A stretch of 64,000 bases of DNA from Phyllobates terribilis (Eukaryota): contig NW_027362768.1 of NCBI RefSeq assembly GCF_046119375.1, positions 56,606,001-56,670,000 on the forward strand. The letters run 5' to 3'. A program made the position numbers and the translations under genes. The notes under the pieces are model-generated. The model had not been told where the DNA came from. It worked only from the letters and a program-made list of their open reading frames with translations, and did no database searches. Positions 37,501 through 48,870 of the stretch are shown piece after piece (position 1 is the stretch's first letter; each line of letters opens with the position of its first letter).

Positions 37501-40500
37501 TGGAACAGTCGTAGCAATGGTACATGTCATAGAGTTTCAGAAACAAGGTCTTCCACATGCGCATATACTAATTATCTTAGACGCGGATTCCAAGTTTCGC
37601 ACGGAGGAAGAAATTGACAACATAGTGTGGGCTGAAATTCCTAACCAAGAAAAGTATCCTGAATTGCATAATATTGTAATCTGTAATATGGTTCAGGGTC
37701 CATGCATGCAAAACGGAAAGTGTACAAAAGGGTTTCCAAAGCAGTTAAAACATCACACTGTTAAAGATTTGGATGGCTACCCATCCTACCGGTGACAACT
37801 CATTGATAACATTGTACACAACAAAAAAATTATAAATAACTCATGGATAGTTCCATACAACCCGTACTTATTAAAACGCTACAACTGTCACATCAACGTT
37901 GAAATCTCCGCTTCAATAAAAAGTGTACAATATCTTTTCAAGTACATCTACAAGAGGCATGACAAAGCTAACGTCTAAACACAACAGAAAACAGTCAATC
38001 ATGATGAATCATCACGTTTTGTTGACTCAAGATATGTGAGTGCTCCAGCTGCTTGGAGGATATTTGCGTTTCCAATGCATTCACAGTCCCATGCCATTAT
38101 ACGTTTAGGTATTAATTTACCAAATCAACAACAGCTTTATTTCTTTGAAAATGCTCAAGTCGAAGATGTCTCAAAAACTTTAAGCACGACGTCAACATTA
38201 ATGGAATGTTTTTTGCTGAACCAGCGTGACGAAAACGCAAGGCAGTATTTGTATCGAGAGATTCCAGAGCATTACGTTTGGAATAAAACTTGGAATCCAA
38301 GACAACGAGGACTTAGCAGAATAATTGGATGCATGTATATTGTAAGTGTCAAGGATCAAGAAAGATATTGCCTTCAGCTGTTACTACTGCATGTCAAAGG
38401 AGCTAGAAGTTACGACGATTTGAAAACAGTTAACGGAGTATTGCATGATACATTTAAAGCTGCGGCTTTGGCTTTAGGACTTCTATTGGATGATACTGTG
38501 TGGACACCTACTTTAGAAGACGCAGTTACCCTACATATGCCTAAGAAACTTCGCAAATTGTTTGCCTACATTTGTGTCTTTGGACCGCCTACAAATCTGG
38601 CTCAACTTTGGACAAATTTCAAAGAACATATAATTGAGGATTACTGCTTACGTCTTCACAACAGAAGTGGAAATTGTCAAAATTGCGAATCTTATGCCAT
38701 GCAAGATGTCCAAAATGTCCTACTACTGCATGGAAAAACGTTTTCAGACTTTAATTTGCCACAGCCTGCAAGTCAAGTTCCACAACTTCGAGTATGACGA
38801 AGCTTATGAATTATTGTTGGCAACAGAGAAGAAAAACTCCTTAAATGAACAACAATGGATTGCATATGACACTATTGTGAGCGCTGTACAAAAACAAGCA
38901 GATCCAACGCCAAAATGTTTCTTTATTGACAGTCCAGGAGGCAGCGGTAAAACATACGTCAATGAAGTTTTAATGCATCACGTTAGAGGGTTGGGAAAAG
39001 TCGTATTGCCATCGGCTACAACAGGTATTGCAGCAAACCTTTTACGAGGCGGTCGCACTATGCATACACTCTTTGGGATACCAGTTCCAGTCAATGAAAT
39101 CTCCGTTTCCAGAATCAAACAAGACACATTTGCAGGAAGACAGTTAACCCTAGAATGCATGACCATAAAAATCTACACTTTCACATACCTGGAGCCTTTT
39201 AGGCCCGTGTGCAAATAACATGGAATAACTCAAACAAAAATGACAAACAACTATATACCTGAAGAATACCTAGAGTTTCAAAATTCTAACTAAAGTAATC
39301 TTGCAGAAAATAGAAAACAATTAACAGGGCGGGCCTGCGAGGCCCCAGGTATGCGTTCTAGGGTTAAACAGTGCAAATCTTTTGATACTTGATGAGTGCA
39401 CCATGGCACCCAAATATGCTTTGAGCTTAATTGACAGAGTTCTGCGTGAAGTTCTGACTACAAATGTTGCTCAAAAAAATGAAATTCCTTTTGGAGGTAA
39501 AGTTTTTGTCATTGGCAGAGATTTTAGGCAATGCCTTCCAGTTATACCAAATGGAACAAGAACAAATATTATCGAGTCCACCTTAAAAATGTCTGACCTT
39601 TGGAAAGAGTTTAATAAACTCCAACTAATTAACAACATGTGATCTTCTGAACCAGAGTACAGCAACTGGCTTCTTAAACTTGGTAATGGTGAACTTAGCA
39701 ATGAATATAACCTTGGAGAAGACATTATTGAAATACCAGAAGACATGTTGTGCACTGACTGCATCGTAAGTGATGTTTTTGGACAACATGTTGAAATTGA
39801 TGGGAACGACCAAAGCAGTGTTCAGAGGGTCTCTTCCTATGCAATTCTCTGTCCCAAGAACGATGACGTAGCTCTGCTGAATTCCCGTGTGATGGATAGA
39901 ATGCCTGGAGACTATAAATTGTACAAAAGTGATGATTCGGTGGATATAGACAATGAAGATGAACGAGAGCATTATCCAGTTGAATTTTTAAATAGTGTTA
40001 CGCCATCGGGAATGCCATCCCACAGACTACAACTTAAAGTTGGAGCAATCGTAATGTTGCTGCGGAATCTAAATACAAGAAATGGTCTATGTAATGGAAC
40101 TCGCCTTATTGTTACTGGACTCCATTCCCACATAATTCAATCAAGAGTGATCACTGGATCAGCGAAAGGAGGCGAAGTGTTCATTCCACGCATTGATTTA
40201 TGTCCTTCTGACACCGGTCTTCCATTTAGGCTTCGGCGTCGACAGTTTCCAGTAAAACCAGCATATCCCATGACAATAAACAAGTCACAAGGTCAAACGC
40301 TACACCATGTTGGCATATATTTACCGGAGCCCATTTTTGGTCATTGACAACTCTATGTTGCATTTTCAAGAGTTAAAATGAGATCCAACGTCAAGGTGCA
40401 AGTTTTGGATACCCATTTACAAGGAAAGTTGTTCCAGATAGTCCAAAAGTATTCACAAAAAATGTAGTGTACAAAAATATTTTGGCTTGATATTGTTAAG

Positions 40501-40514
40501 AAATATATTATAGG
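31541..40514 (+). mobile_element. Degenerate autonomous-type Helitron (Rep/Helicase) with Gypsy and hAT insertions
   Basis: N-terminal QDAESHRQRRE repeats; CxxC zinc region; HUH motif VIEFQKQGLPHAHIL; YLFKYIYK; Pif1 motifs (PGGSGKT, DECTM, RQFPVKPAYPMTINKSQGQT); many stops and frameshifts. AT-rich 3' sequence probably resumes after 51184; termini not identified. Confidence 0.92.
32886..37090 (-). mobile_element. Chromodomain Gypsy with integrase-core deletion; 418-bp LTRs 32886-33303 and 36673-37090
   Basis: TSD CTGAC at 32881-32885 and 37091-37095; PPT at 33304-33315; 727-aa gag-PR-RT ORF (CFYCSKSDHFIKNC, VDCGS, YLDD); chromodomain; about 11 LTR mismatches counted by eye. Confidence 0.95.
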
Positions 40515-40972
40515 TAGTGTTGAGCCACCCCCGTAGTGTTCGAGTTCGGTTCGTCGAACACCTTCGAACACCGTTAAAACCAATGGCAGGCAAACAAAAA
40601 CACATAGAAACACATAGAAAACACCTTCAAAGGTGTCCAAAAGCTGACAAACTGCTCAGAAGACACAACTAACACATGGAAAAGTGACAAGTACATATAG
40701 TCATGCGAAAAGAAAAGAGGTGGAGGAGTAAAAGGAGGGGGAGACACAGATATAGGCATGTCATGCCCTTCTAAAATCCAAAAAGTGAGAAGCCGACACG
40801 TTCAGTCCGCTCCTGCCCGTGCCACCTCCGCGTCGCCGGGTTTGTGCCAGAGCCGCGGTGAACCCTGACGGCCAGCCCCCCTCTCCCAATACTGGTGCCT
40901 GTCCGCTGGTGGGTCGAGCGAGCCCCCCTGTGGTGGAGGCAGCTCTAAGCTTTTTAATTTAAATTGTCTCTC

Positions 40973-41233
40973 TAATTTGAATGAATACACTTTAAATCCA
41001 TTTACAAGGATCTATTGGAGGGCAAGTCTCATGCCAGCAGCCGCGTAATTCCAGCTCCAGTAGCGTCCACTAAAGCTGCTGCAGTTAAAAAGCTTTTATA
41101 AGGATCGAGCTCGGCTGTCCACCGCAAGGCATCCTACTGCCAGTCCCAGCCCCTATGCCTTGGGGTGCCTCCTGATGCTCTTCACTGAGTATCCCGTGGT
41201 CCCGAAGCATTTCCTTTGAAAAAATTAAGTGTC
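40973..41233 (+). pseudogene. Diverged 18S rRNA fragment
   Basis: CACTTTAAATCC...GAGGGCAAGTCT..TGCCAGCAGCCGCG.TAATTCCAGCTCCA...GCTGCAGTTAAAAAGCT...CCCGAAGC..TT.CTTTGAAAAAATTA match the conserved vertebrate 18S region as recalled; may extend weakly to about 41275. Confidence 0.88.
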
Positions 41234-41349
41234 CACACTACAGGTGGTGTAGCTTGCTTAACAGCCGGGATAATCCGCTGACTAGCAGACACTGCTACTA
41301 GGCACAAAGTATTTCCTGGGCTAGATGCAGTTAAAAATTTGTAATTAGA

Positions 41350-43175
41350 TACTCTCGTTGGATGCTGAGAAAGCATTCCATAGAGTCTCCTGGCATGCCA
41401 TATATGATTCTCTTAAAAAGCTTGGGGTAGGGGTCTAGGGGACCCTTTTATAGCCAAAATCACGGCCCTGTATCGCAATACGTCACCTAGGCTGAAGATA
41501 AATGGAACTGTAGCACCCTGAGGGCTCGGTTGCTACAGAGGTATTGCACCTCACCCAGAGGTGTGATATCTCACTCTCAGGTAAGGATGTAGTGTGGATC
41601 AGGACCCGACACCTGCATGCATTACACCACATTGCCGTGGGGCAGGGCGACCAATATGCCCCTGAGATGGGCACGACAGTCCCTGTCCCTGGCTGGAGTG
41701 GGGGGAGGGAACACTGAGGAAGGGGAACCCTGTAGTGCAGGAGCAGGGAGGAAGCAGTTCCTGGGTGCATTGAGAAGGGAGTATAAAAGGTGGGCACCAT
41801 CTTAGTTCAGTGCAGAGAAGTCTGAGCAGAAGTGGCAGGGAGCAGGGGCTCTGCATGAGCTCTGCTCCGGAGGCGGGCCTAGTAACAGAGGCCCAGGCCT
41901 GGAAGAGGGAGAAGGAAGGAAGAGGAGCGGAGAAGGCTCCAGGAACGAGGAGCGAAGGGATCCCAGGGGTGCGGACGGGCGAGTCGCCACCGCACGCCCG
42001 AATCCACCTGCGTGGAGGGGTCAGGCCAAAGGGGGAGACCGGTCCCCGAAACTAGTGGAGGCAGGAAACGACCCTCAGCTAGAAACAGGAGGCTGTGACA
42101 TTTTATGTGGCGCAGCCCCTCGCTACACCCGCTAGGAAGGCACCACATAGGGTCAGGGAAACTGGCGCCAAGTTTACCAAGAGGAGGACCGAGGCAGCCA
42201 GACAGAAGGGTTGGTAAGAAAGGCCACACAAAGGACACACAAAGGGGGTCCTGTGAAGCGCTCCAAAGTTATCTGGGAGTTGTCTGAGCCCCTCACCTGG
42301 TGAGCACAGTACGACGTGGGCAGCCGTTACCTGCAGATGTGGTCTGGATAATAAGAACTGTGAGTAAAGGCCCTGGACTGCATCACTGACTCCGTGTCGT
42401 TACTGCTGCTGCCCTGCACCATCACCCCCATCCTCCGCATACACTGCCCTGAGGCTATACTCCTCCCGTGGGGAGTTATGCTACGCTCTGCTGCACCCAC
42501 AACACCAGCCTCAGTGGTCTGCCCTGGAGCGGCGGTTCACTCTGACCGCAATCCACGGGTGGCGTAGTCGGACATTTAAACATCAAAACCACATAAATAG
42601 TTCCGCCACTGGTTTGACCGCCCTGAGCCACGGAACCGGGCCGCCACCACGGAGACTACAACCACCAGCATCCACCAAAAAGGGTCCGGCTCCGGGTGTC
42701 CCAAGGCCCAGGGGGCGCGTCAGAACATTTTCATCACCTTTCACAATCACCAATGGGACAAGGCAGGGATGTTCTCTGTCCCCTCTCTTATACATCCTAG
42801 TGACGGAGCACCTGCTCTCATCAATTCGCCATAACCCCAATATTAGGTGGATTGAGGTGGGAGGCACCGAGTACAAGTGCTCTCTATTTGCTGATGATGT
42901 CCTAGTATATATCACTCAATCACATATATCCATCCATGCTGTTATGGCTGAAATAGATCACTTTGTTACATGGTCAAATTTTAAAATCAATGCAGCGAAG
43001 TCTGAGGCCCTCGATGTCTCCCTCCCCAAATCCATATAGGATTCCATCCAGTCCAACTTTCCCTTTGCCTGGCCCTCACAGGGTATCAAATACTTAGGAA
43101 TTCCTATTCATAGAGACCTCTCCCATCTATGTTATCTTAATTTTGGGCCCTTTATTGAACAACTCCATACAGACC
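41350..43175 (+). mobile_element. L1/Tx1-type LINE RT fragment, split by a solo LTR
   Basis: LDAEKAFHRVSW, INGT|FSSPFTITNGTRQGCSLSPLL, FADD, NAAKS, IKYLGI. Confidence 0.85.
41509..42722 (+). mobile_element. Solo LTR
   Basis: TGTAGCA...GCGTCA termini; 4-bp TSD GAAC on both sides; TATAAAA near 41782; the L1 frame rejoins on removal. Confidence 0.85.
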
Positions 43176-43244
43176 ACGGTTGGCAAGTTAGAACTGTAAG
43201 ATTCACTACGTGAACCACTGGTGTTTTGTGGAAAAGCACATGTA

Positions 43245-44610
43245 CACTGTGTTCCAAATTATTATGCAAAAAGTGTTTAGGAGTGATAAGGGAAGAATTT
43301 GTTTGTTTGTCAGTTAAACTCATTGATGGTGATGTGTGTCAGGGCTCTTTATATCACTGTAAGCAATTGCAGACACCTGTGCTAATTAGTTTGGCAGGTG
43401 TGTCCAATGAAAGGCAAGACTACTTAAGAAGGCTGTCTCACATTATTAAGCAGCCTACATTTTCTGCCAAAATGGGAAAGAAAAAGGATGTGTCGGCTGC
43501 TGAGAAGCAACAAATTGTGGAGTGTTTAGGTCAAGGCATGACTACAATCAACATTGTGCGATGATCAGGATGAAGTGTCTTGGCAATCAAGAAGTATGTA
43601 GCTGATTCACAGTACACACGTGTGCGTGCTGATAAGGGCAAATTGAGGACTCTTTCCTACAGGCAATTACGTCAGGTTGAAAGAGCAGCGGCAAAAAAGC
43701 CTTGTCATAGCAGCAGACAAGTTTTTGAAGCTGCTGGTGCCTCCAACGTCCCCCGAACAACAAGATGCAGGGTCCTTCAGAGGTTTGCAGCTGTGCATAC
43801 GCCATCCTGTCGACCTCCTCTATCCACTTCACACAAGCAGAAACGGCTCCAGTGGGCCAAACATTACATGAAGACTGATTTCAAAACTGTTTTGTTCACG
43901 GATGAGTGCCGTGCAGCGCTCGATGGTCCAGATGGATGGAGTGGAGGATGGCTGGTTGATGGACACCCCATGCAAACACGGCTACAGCGCCAACAAGGAG
44001 GAGGTGGAGTAATGTTTTGGGCTGGAATCATGGGGAGAGAGATTGTCGGCCCCTTTAGGATCCCTGAAGGCGCTAAAGATGAACTCCATAATGTATGTGG
44101 AGTTTCTCAAACAGCACTTCCTGCCATGGTTCAAGAAGAAGAACCGTGTATTTCACAGCAAGATCATTTTTTTGCATGATAATGCACCATCTCATGCTGC
44201 ACATAAAACATCTGCATCTCTGGCTAATATGGGCATAAAAGGGGACAAACTTATGGTGTGACCCCCATGCTCCCCTGACCTCTACCCCATTCAGAACCTT
44301 TGGAGCATCATTAAAAGGAGTGTCTATGATGGTGGGAGGCAGTTCACATCTAAGCAACAGCTCTGGGAGGGTATTCTGTCCTCATGCAAAACAATTGAAG
44401 CAGAAACCATCCAAAACCTGACAAATTCAATGGACGAGAGAGTTCAGAAGCTCCTTTCGAACAAGGGGTCCTATGTGAAAATGTAACATCACCTAGAATA
44501 AAGTTTTGAGTTGAAAACTGTTTGATTTCAGTTTCTAACAACCTGCTAATGCTTATAATTTCAAAAATGACCATTTTTTTGGTCTTTATTAAAATGAAAA
44601 GGTTGATCGA
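43245..44610 (+). mobile_element. Tc1 element (frameshifted transposase, right end lost)
   Basis: TA|CACTGTGTTCCAAATTATTATGC; MGKKKD..., FTDE, HDNAPSH, SPDLYPI. Confidence 0.88.
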
Positions 44611-45054
44611 AAAGTTTGGGGGATCTAAGAGTGTGGCAACCCAGTAGTCATGATTACTTCAAATTCTGACAATATGGGGGTCATGCTGCAGGTAGTGCAG
44701 CAAGAAGGCACTTATGTGTCTTGCGCATCTCGGAGCCCCAAAATTATTTTCCGGGCTAGATGCAGCTAAAAATTATTATTAATTTTAAATCTGGTGAAGC
44801 TTTAGTATAGATGGCCTAATAGGATCAGTGCTGCACACTGCTACAAAGCCCAAATTATTTTCCAGTCAAGATACAGATAAACATGATTAGTAATTTTAAA
44901 TCTGGTGGAGCTTATTATAGATGGCCTAATAGAATCAGTGCTGCACACTGCTACAAAGCCCAAATTATTTTCCAGCCAAGATACAGATAAACATGATTAG
45001 TAATTTGAAAGCTTAAAACGGTTGGTAGGGTGATTTTAACCAATCATCAAGCTT

Positions 45055-48000
45055 TTACTCTCCCCAGGATGACACAGGGGTAGAAAAGTCGTTTCGGATC
45101 CATGATTTGTTCATCTTTATGAACGTGAGTCTGTCTACATTATCAGTGGAGAGCCGCGTGCGCTTATCGGTCAGCACACCACCAGCAGCGCTGAACACAC
45201 GTTCAGACAGAACGCTGGCTGCGGGGCATGACAAGATCTCCAAGGCGTAAGTGGCTAGCTCCGGCCATTTATCCAGATTGGAAGCCCAAAAAGAGCAAGG
45301 GTCCAGTGACACAGTCATGGCTTCAATGTTTACTTGGAGATACTCCTGTACCATCGTCTCTAGGCGTTGACTATGTGTCAGACTTCTTGTCTCCTGTGGC
45401 CTTGCAAAGGATGGGCTAAAAAAGTGGTGAAATGATTCCGCAAAATTGATGTTACCAGCAGATACTGTGGTTCTGTTACGGTTTGAGTGCTGAACACTTG
45501 ACGGTCCCACGGTTGGCAAGTTGGAACTGTGAGATTCACTACGTGCACCACTGGTATTTTGTGGAAAAGCACATGTAAGATTCTGCAACAGTCTCTGCTG
45601 ATACTCCTGCATGCGTGCATCCCTTTCTATGGCAGGAATAATTTCTGCAAATTTACTTTTGTACCGGGGATCTAACAGTGTGGCAACCCAGTAGTCAGGA
45701 TTATTTCTAATTCTCACAATTCGAGGGTCATGTTGCAGGTAGTGCAGCAAGAAGGCACTCATGTGTGTTGCGCATCCAGGAGCACCAAGTCCCTGTTGTG
45801 TTGGTGGCGAGGTAACAATCATGCTTCCTTCCTCTGTCCTCTCCCCCCAACCTCGCACAACAGAAATGTGATCAAGGTCTCCCTCATCTGATGAGTCTTC
45901 CATCAGTTCGTCCTCCACTTCTTCCTGGGCTCCTGCACCTTCCTCACTAGTTTGGCTGCTACCATGCGCCCTGGTAAAACCATCTCCCCCACCCTCACAT
46001 GCCTGCCGCCTTGGTGCTGCCGACCGTCTGGACCTTGCAGATGTTAGCCCTTCCGCATACAACTCCTCCTCCTCTACTTCCTCCACCTCCTCTTGTGCCA
46101 CCACCTGACTCCGAATTCTGTTTAACATGTGCTCCAGCATGTAAATCACCGGAATAGTCATGCTGATAATGGCATCGTCAGCACTAAACATCTTCGTCGC
46201 CATTTCAAAACTGTGCAGAAGGGTGCATAGGTCCCTGATCTGAGACCACTCCTCCAGCGTGATTTGCCCCACCTCTGGATCTCGTTGGCCCAGGCTATAC
46301 GTCAGAACATATTGCACCAGGGCTTGTCGGTGCTGCCACAGTCGCTGCAACATGTGCAGAGTTGAATTCCACCGGGTAGGCACATCGCATTTTAGCCGGT
46401 GAAGTGGCAGGCCCAACGACTTCTGTAGAGATGTAAGTCGCTGAGCTGCGGGATGCGAATGGCGGAAGTGAGCACACAGCGACCGTGCCCTCTGCAGAAG
46501 GCCATCTAGTCTGGGATAGTGGGCTAAAAATTGCTGGACAACCAGGTTCAACACGTGAGCCATACAAGGCACGTGTGTGACATTGCCCCGGCGAAGGGCC
46601 GCACCCAGGTTTGCAGCATTGTCGCACACGGCCTTCCCTGGTTTCAGGTCCAGTGGAGACAACCATTCATGAAATTGGTTCTCCAGAGCTGACCACAACT
46701 CCTCAGCTGTGTGACTCACATTTACCAGACATTTCAATGTAAAAACCGCCTGATGACGTTGAGCCCTACTGCCAGCATAGTAAGGAGGTGTGCAGGATCC
46801 CTTCTGCGCAGTTAGAAAGCTTGTGGCATGACCAGACAGGCTTTGGGTGCAGGTGGAAGACCGAGAGGAGGTTGAGGAGGCAGAAGCAGTGGAGGAACTT
46901 TGACATAAAGAGGATTGACGCACAACTCGTGGGGACGGCAAGACTTGGACAGCAGCCCCTTGTCCTGCTGTCACCATAGTTACCCAGTGCCCAGTTAGCG
47001 ACATGTAACGCCCCTGTCCATGCCTACTCGTCCAAGTGTCTGTGGTGAAATGCACCCTGTCACACACAGAGTTTCTCAAAGAAGCGGTGATGTTGTGTGC
47101 GACATGCTGGTGGAGCGCAGGCACACCTTTCTTTGAAAAGTAGTGCCGACTGGGCATCTGGTACTGGGGCACTGCGACGGACATAAGGTCTCGAAAATCC
47201 TCTGTGTCCACCAGGCGGAAAGGCAGCATTTCTGTAGCCAAGAGCTTGCAGATGGTGAAATTCAACCTCTTAGCTTTCTCATGGCTAGGAGGAAATGGTC
47301 TTTTACTTGTCCACATCTGAGGGACCGAGGGCTGGCTATTGTGCTTAGACGGGGTTGATAAGGGTGTCCCCGGCAAACTGCCGGTCTGTGAGGAAGATGC
47401 AGGCGGACATGTTAGGTTGCCTTGATCCAAAGGTGGTGCTATCGATGTCGGACAGCGCTCAACACCAGCTGGTGTTACCACCTCCAAAGAAAATGATGAC
47501 CTGCCAATCACGCTGGCTGTTGCGGGTAAAGAGGTGGCAGGTCTGCGCCCCAAAACAGGTGTGACTGCTGTCCCCCCAGTCACAGAGGATGAAGAGGCCG
47601 CGGATGCACAAGATATGGCAGACGGTGGTTGGCCCGGCCGGCTAGGCCGCATTGTAGCACACTGAGCTTCCCACTGCAACTTATGCTTCATGTCCATGTG
47701 CCGGTTCATGCATGAAGTACTCAAACTATGTATTTTTTGGCCTCTACTTAGCTTTTGCTGACAAATGTTACAGATAACATGAGTTGGGTCATCTTTATCG
47801 ATCTGAAAAAATGCCAAGGCTATGCAAGGCTTAGCACCCATGCGACCTGAAGAGCCACCACGACTTGTGGTGAGAGGCAGAGTTGTGTTTGAGGATGCAG
47901 TTGTTGACGTGCTTCCAGTACTACGTCTCTGTCCAGGAAGGCGCAACCTGACCTCGTTGTCACTAGCATCTTCCTCCACCTCCTCTGCTGACCTCATCTC

Positions 48001-48756
48001 TTGGCTGACTGTGGGTTGACAGTAAGTGGGATCTCCAACCTCATCATCATCACCCTGTGCGTTATCACACCCGTCGTCCTCAGAGCCAACCTGTTCCTGC
48101 CCTGACAAAAAACTAAAGTTGTCGCTCCAATCAGGTATTTGAGTCTTATCATCGTCTTCCTCATTGTCTCCACCAACAGGAGTTACAGTTTGGGAATGAG
48201 GGTCTACATTATGGTCAGAACCTTCTGCGTCTGGTCCTGGATCCGACTCATAAAGATTCTGGGCATCAGTGCAGATCATTTCCTCGTCTGGATTCACAGA
48301 AGCGCTGGAGTCGACCTCTGATTCCCAGGCTATAGTATGAGTAAACAGCTCTGCAGACTCAACCATCTGTTCTACCTCATACTCAGACGGGCAGCTGGAG
48401 ATTTGGGAGCTGTGAGGAAGCAAGTGCGATTGGGGTGACACCTTTGAGGACTGGAGTATTTGTGATGTTGAAGTTGATGTGGAGGAGAGCCCACTTAAAG
48501 GAGCACTTGATATCCGTTGAAGCACCTGCTGTTTTTGTGCCTCATCTGGAATTTGAAGCGATTGGCGTGGCCGTAAGAAAGGGATCTTATCACATTGTCC
48601 GCTAAAAGAAGTAGACATTTTAGTTTGGCTGGAAGATGGTCTTTCTTCTGCAGATGTTACTGTTGCTTTAACACCTACCCCACGGACACAACCTTTTTTC
48701 CCCTTCCCAACACGCCTATTCCCCTTTCCACCAGCAGCAGGCCTTTTTCCACTCAT
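45055..48756 (-). CDS. hAT transposase with BED zinc finger (ZBED-like), 1233 aa, intact ORF
   Basis: BED finger (CNICQQKLS...NRHMDMKH); catalytic TTDTWTS, CDNAAN and SERVFS; CMAH (CxxH); TRWNST; C-terminal dimerization region; basic NLS-like N-terminus. Confidence 0.93.
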   Translation of the reverse strand: MSGKRPAAGGKGNRRVGKGKKGCVRGVGVKATVTSAEERPSSSQTKMSTSFSGQCDKIPFLRPRQSLQIPDEAQKQQVLQRISSAPLSGLSSTSTSTSQILQSSKVSPQSHLLPHSSQISSCPSEYEVEQMVESAELFTHTIAWESEVDSSASVNPDEEMICTDAQNLYESDPGPDAEGSDHNVDPHSQTVTPVGGDNEEDDDKTQIPDWSDNFSFLSGQEQVGSEDDGCDNAQGDDDEVGDPTYCQPTVSQEMRSAEEVEEDASDNEVRLRLPGQRRSTGSTSTTASSNTTLPLTTSRGGSSGRMGAKPCIALAFFQIDKDDPTHVICNICQQKLSRGQKIHSLSTSCMNRHMDMKHKLQWEAQCATMRPSRPGQPPSAISCASAASSSSVTGGTAVTPVLGRRPATSLPATASVIGRSSFSLEVVTPAGVERCPTSIAPPLDQGNLTCPPASSSQTGSLPGTPLSTPSKHNSQPSVPQMWTSKRPFPPSHEKAKRLNFTICKLLATEMLPFRLVDTEDFRDLMSVAVPQYQMPSRHYFSKKGVPALHQHVAHNITASLRNSVCDRVHFTTDTWTSRHGQGRYMSLTGHWVTMVTAGQGAAVQVLPSPRVVRQSSLCQSSSTASASSTSSRSSTCTQSLSGHATSFLTAQKGSCTPPYYAGSRAQRHQAVFTLKCLVNVSHTAEELWSALENQFHEWLSPLDLKPGKAVCDNAANLGAALRRGNVTHVPCMAHVLNLVVQQFLAHYPRLDGLLQRARSLCAHFRHSHPAAQRLTSLQKSLGLPLHRLKCDVPTRWNSTLHMLQRLWQHRQALVQYVLTYSLGQRDPEVGQITLEEWSQIRDLCTLLHSFEMATKMFSADDAIISMTIPVIYMLEHMLNRIRSQVVAQEEVEEVEEEELYAEGLTSARSRRSAAPRRQACEGGGDGFTRAHGSSQTSEEGAGAQEEVEDELMEDSSDEGDLDHISVVRGWGERTEEGSMIVTSPPTQQGLGAPGCATHMSAFLLHYLQHDPRIVRIRNNPDYWVATLLDPRYKSKFAEIIPAIERDARMQEYQQRLLQNLTCAFPQNTSGARSESHSSNLPTVGPSSVQHSNRNRTTVSAGNINFAESFHHFFSPSFARPQETRSLTHSQRLETMVQEYLQVNIEAMTVSLDPCSFWASNLDKWPELATYALEILSCPAASVLSERVFSAAGGVLTDKRTRLSTDNVDRLTFIKMNKSWIRNDFSTPVSSWGE

Positions 48757-48870
48757 TTTGGTGGTTAACTAATTCACAACTCTGGAGTTGTTTGCACAAA
48801 AAAACAATGGATGGGAACCGAGCAGAGCTGAGTGGCCAAACTGTGGTATTAGGCCAAAACTATTGGCTGG

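Noticed and set aside
40973-41233. Functional 18S rRNA gene
   Set aside because: It covers only a small part of 18S, has substitutions and indels in invariant positions, and lacks flanking rDNA organisation.
45055-48756. Domesticated host gene ZBED4/ZBED6
   Set aside because: The ORF is flanked by TIRs and a perfect 8-bp TSD inside a Helitron remnant, so it is better explained as a transposon; no symbol assigned.
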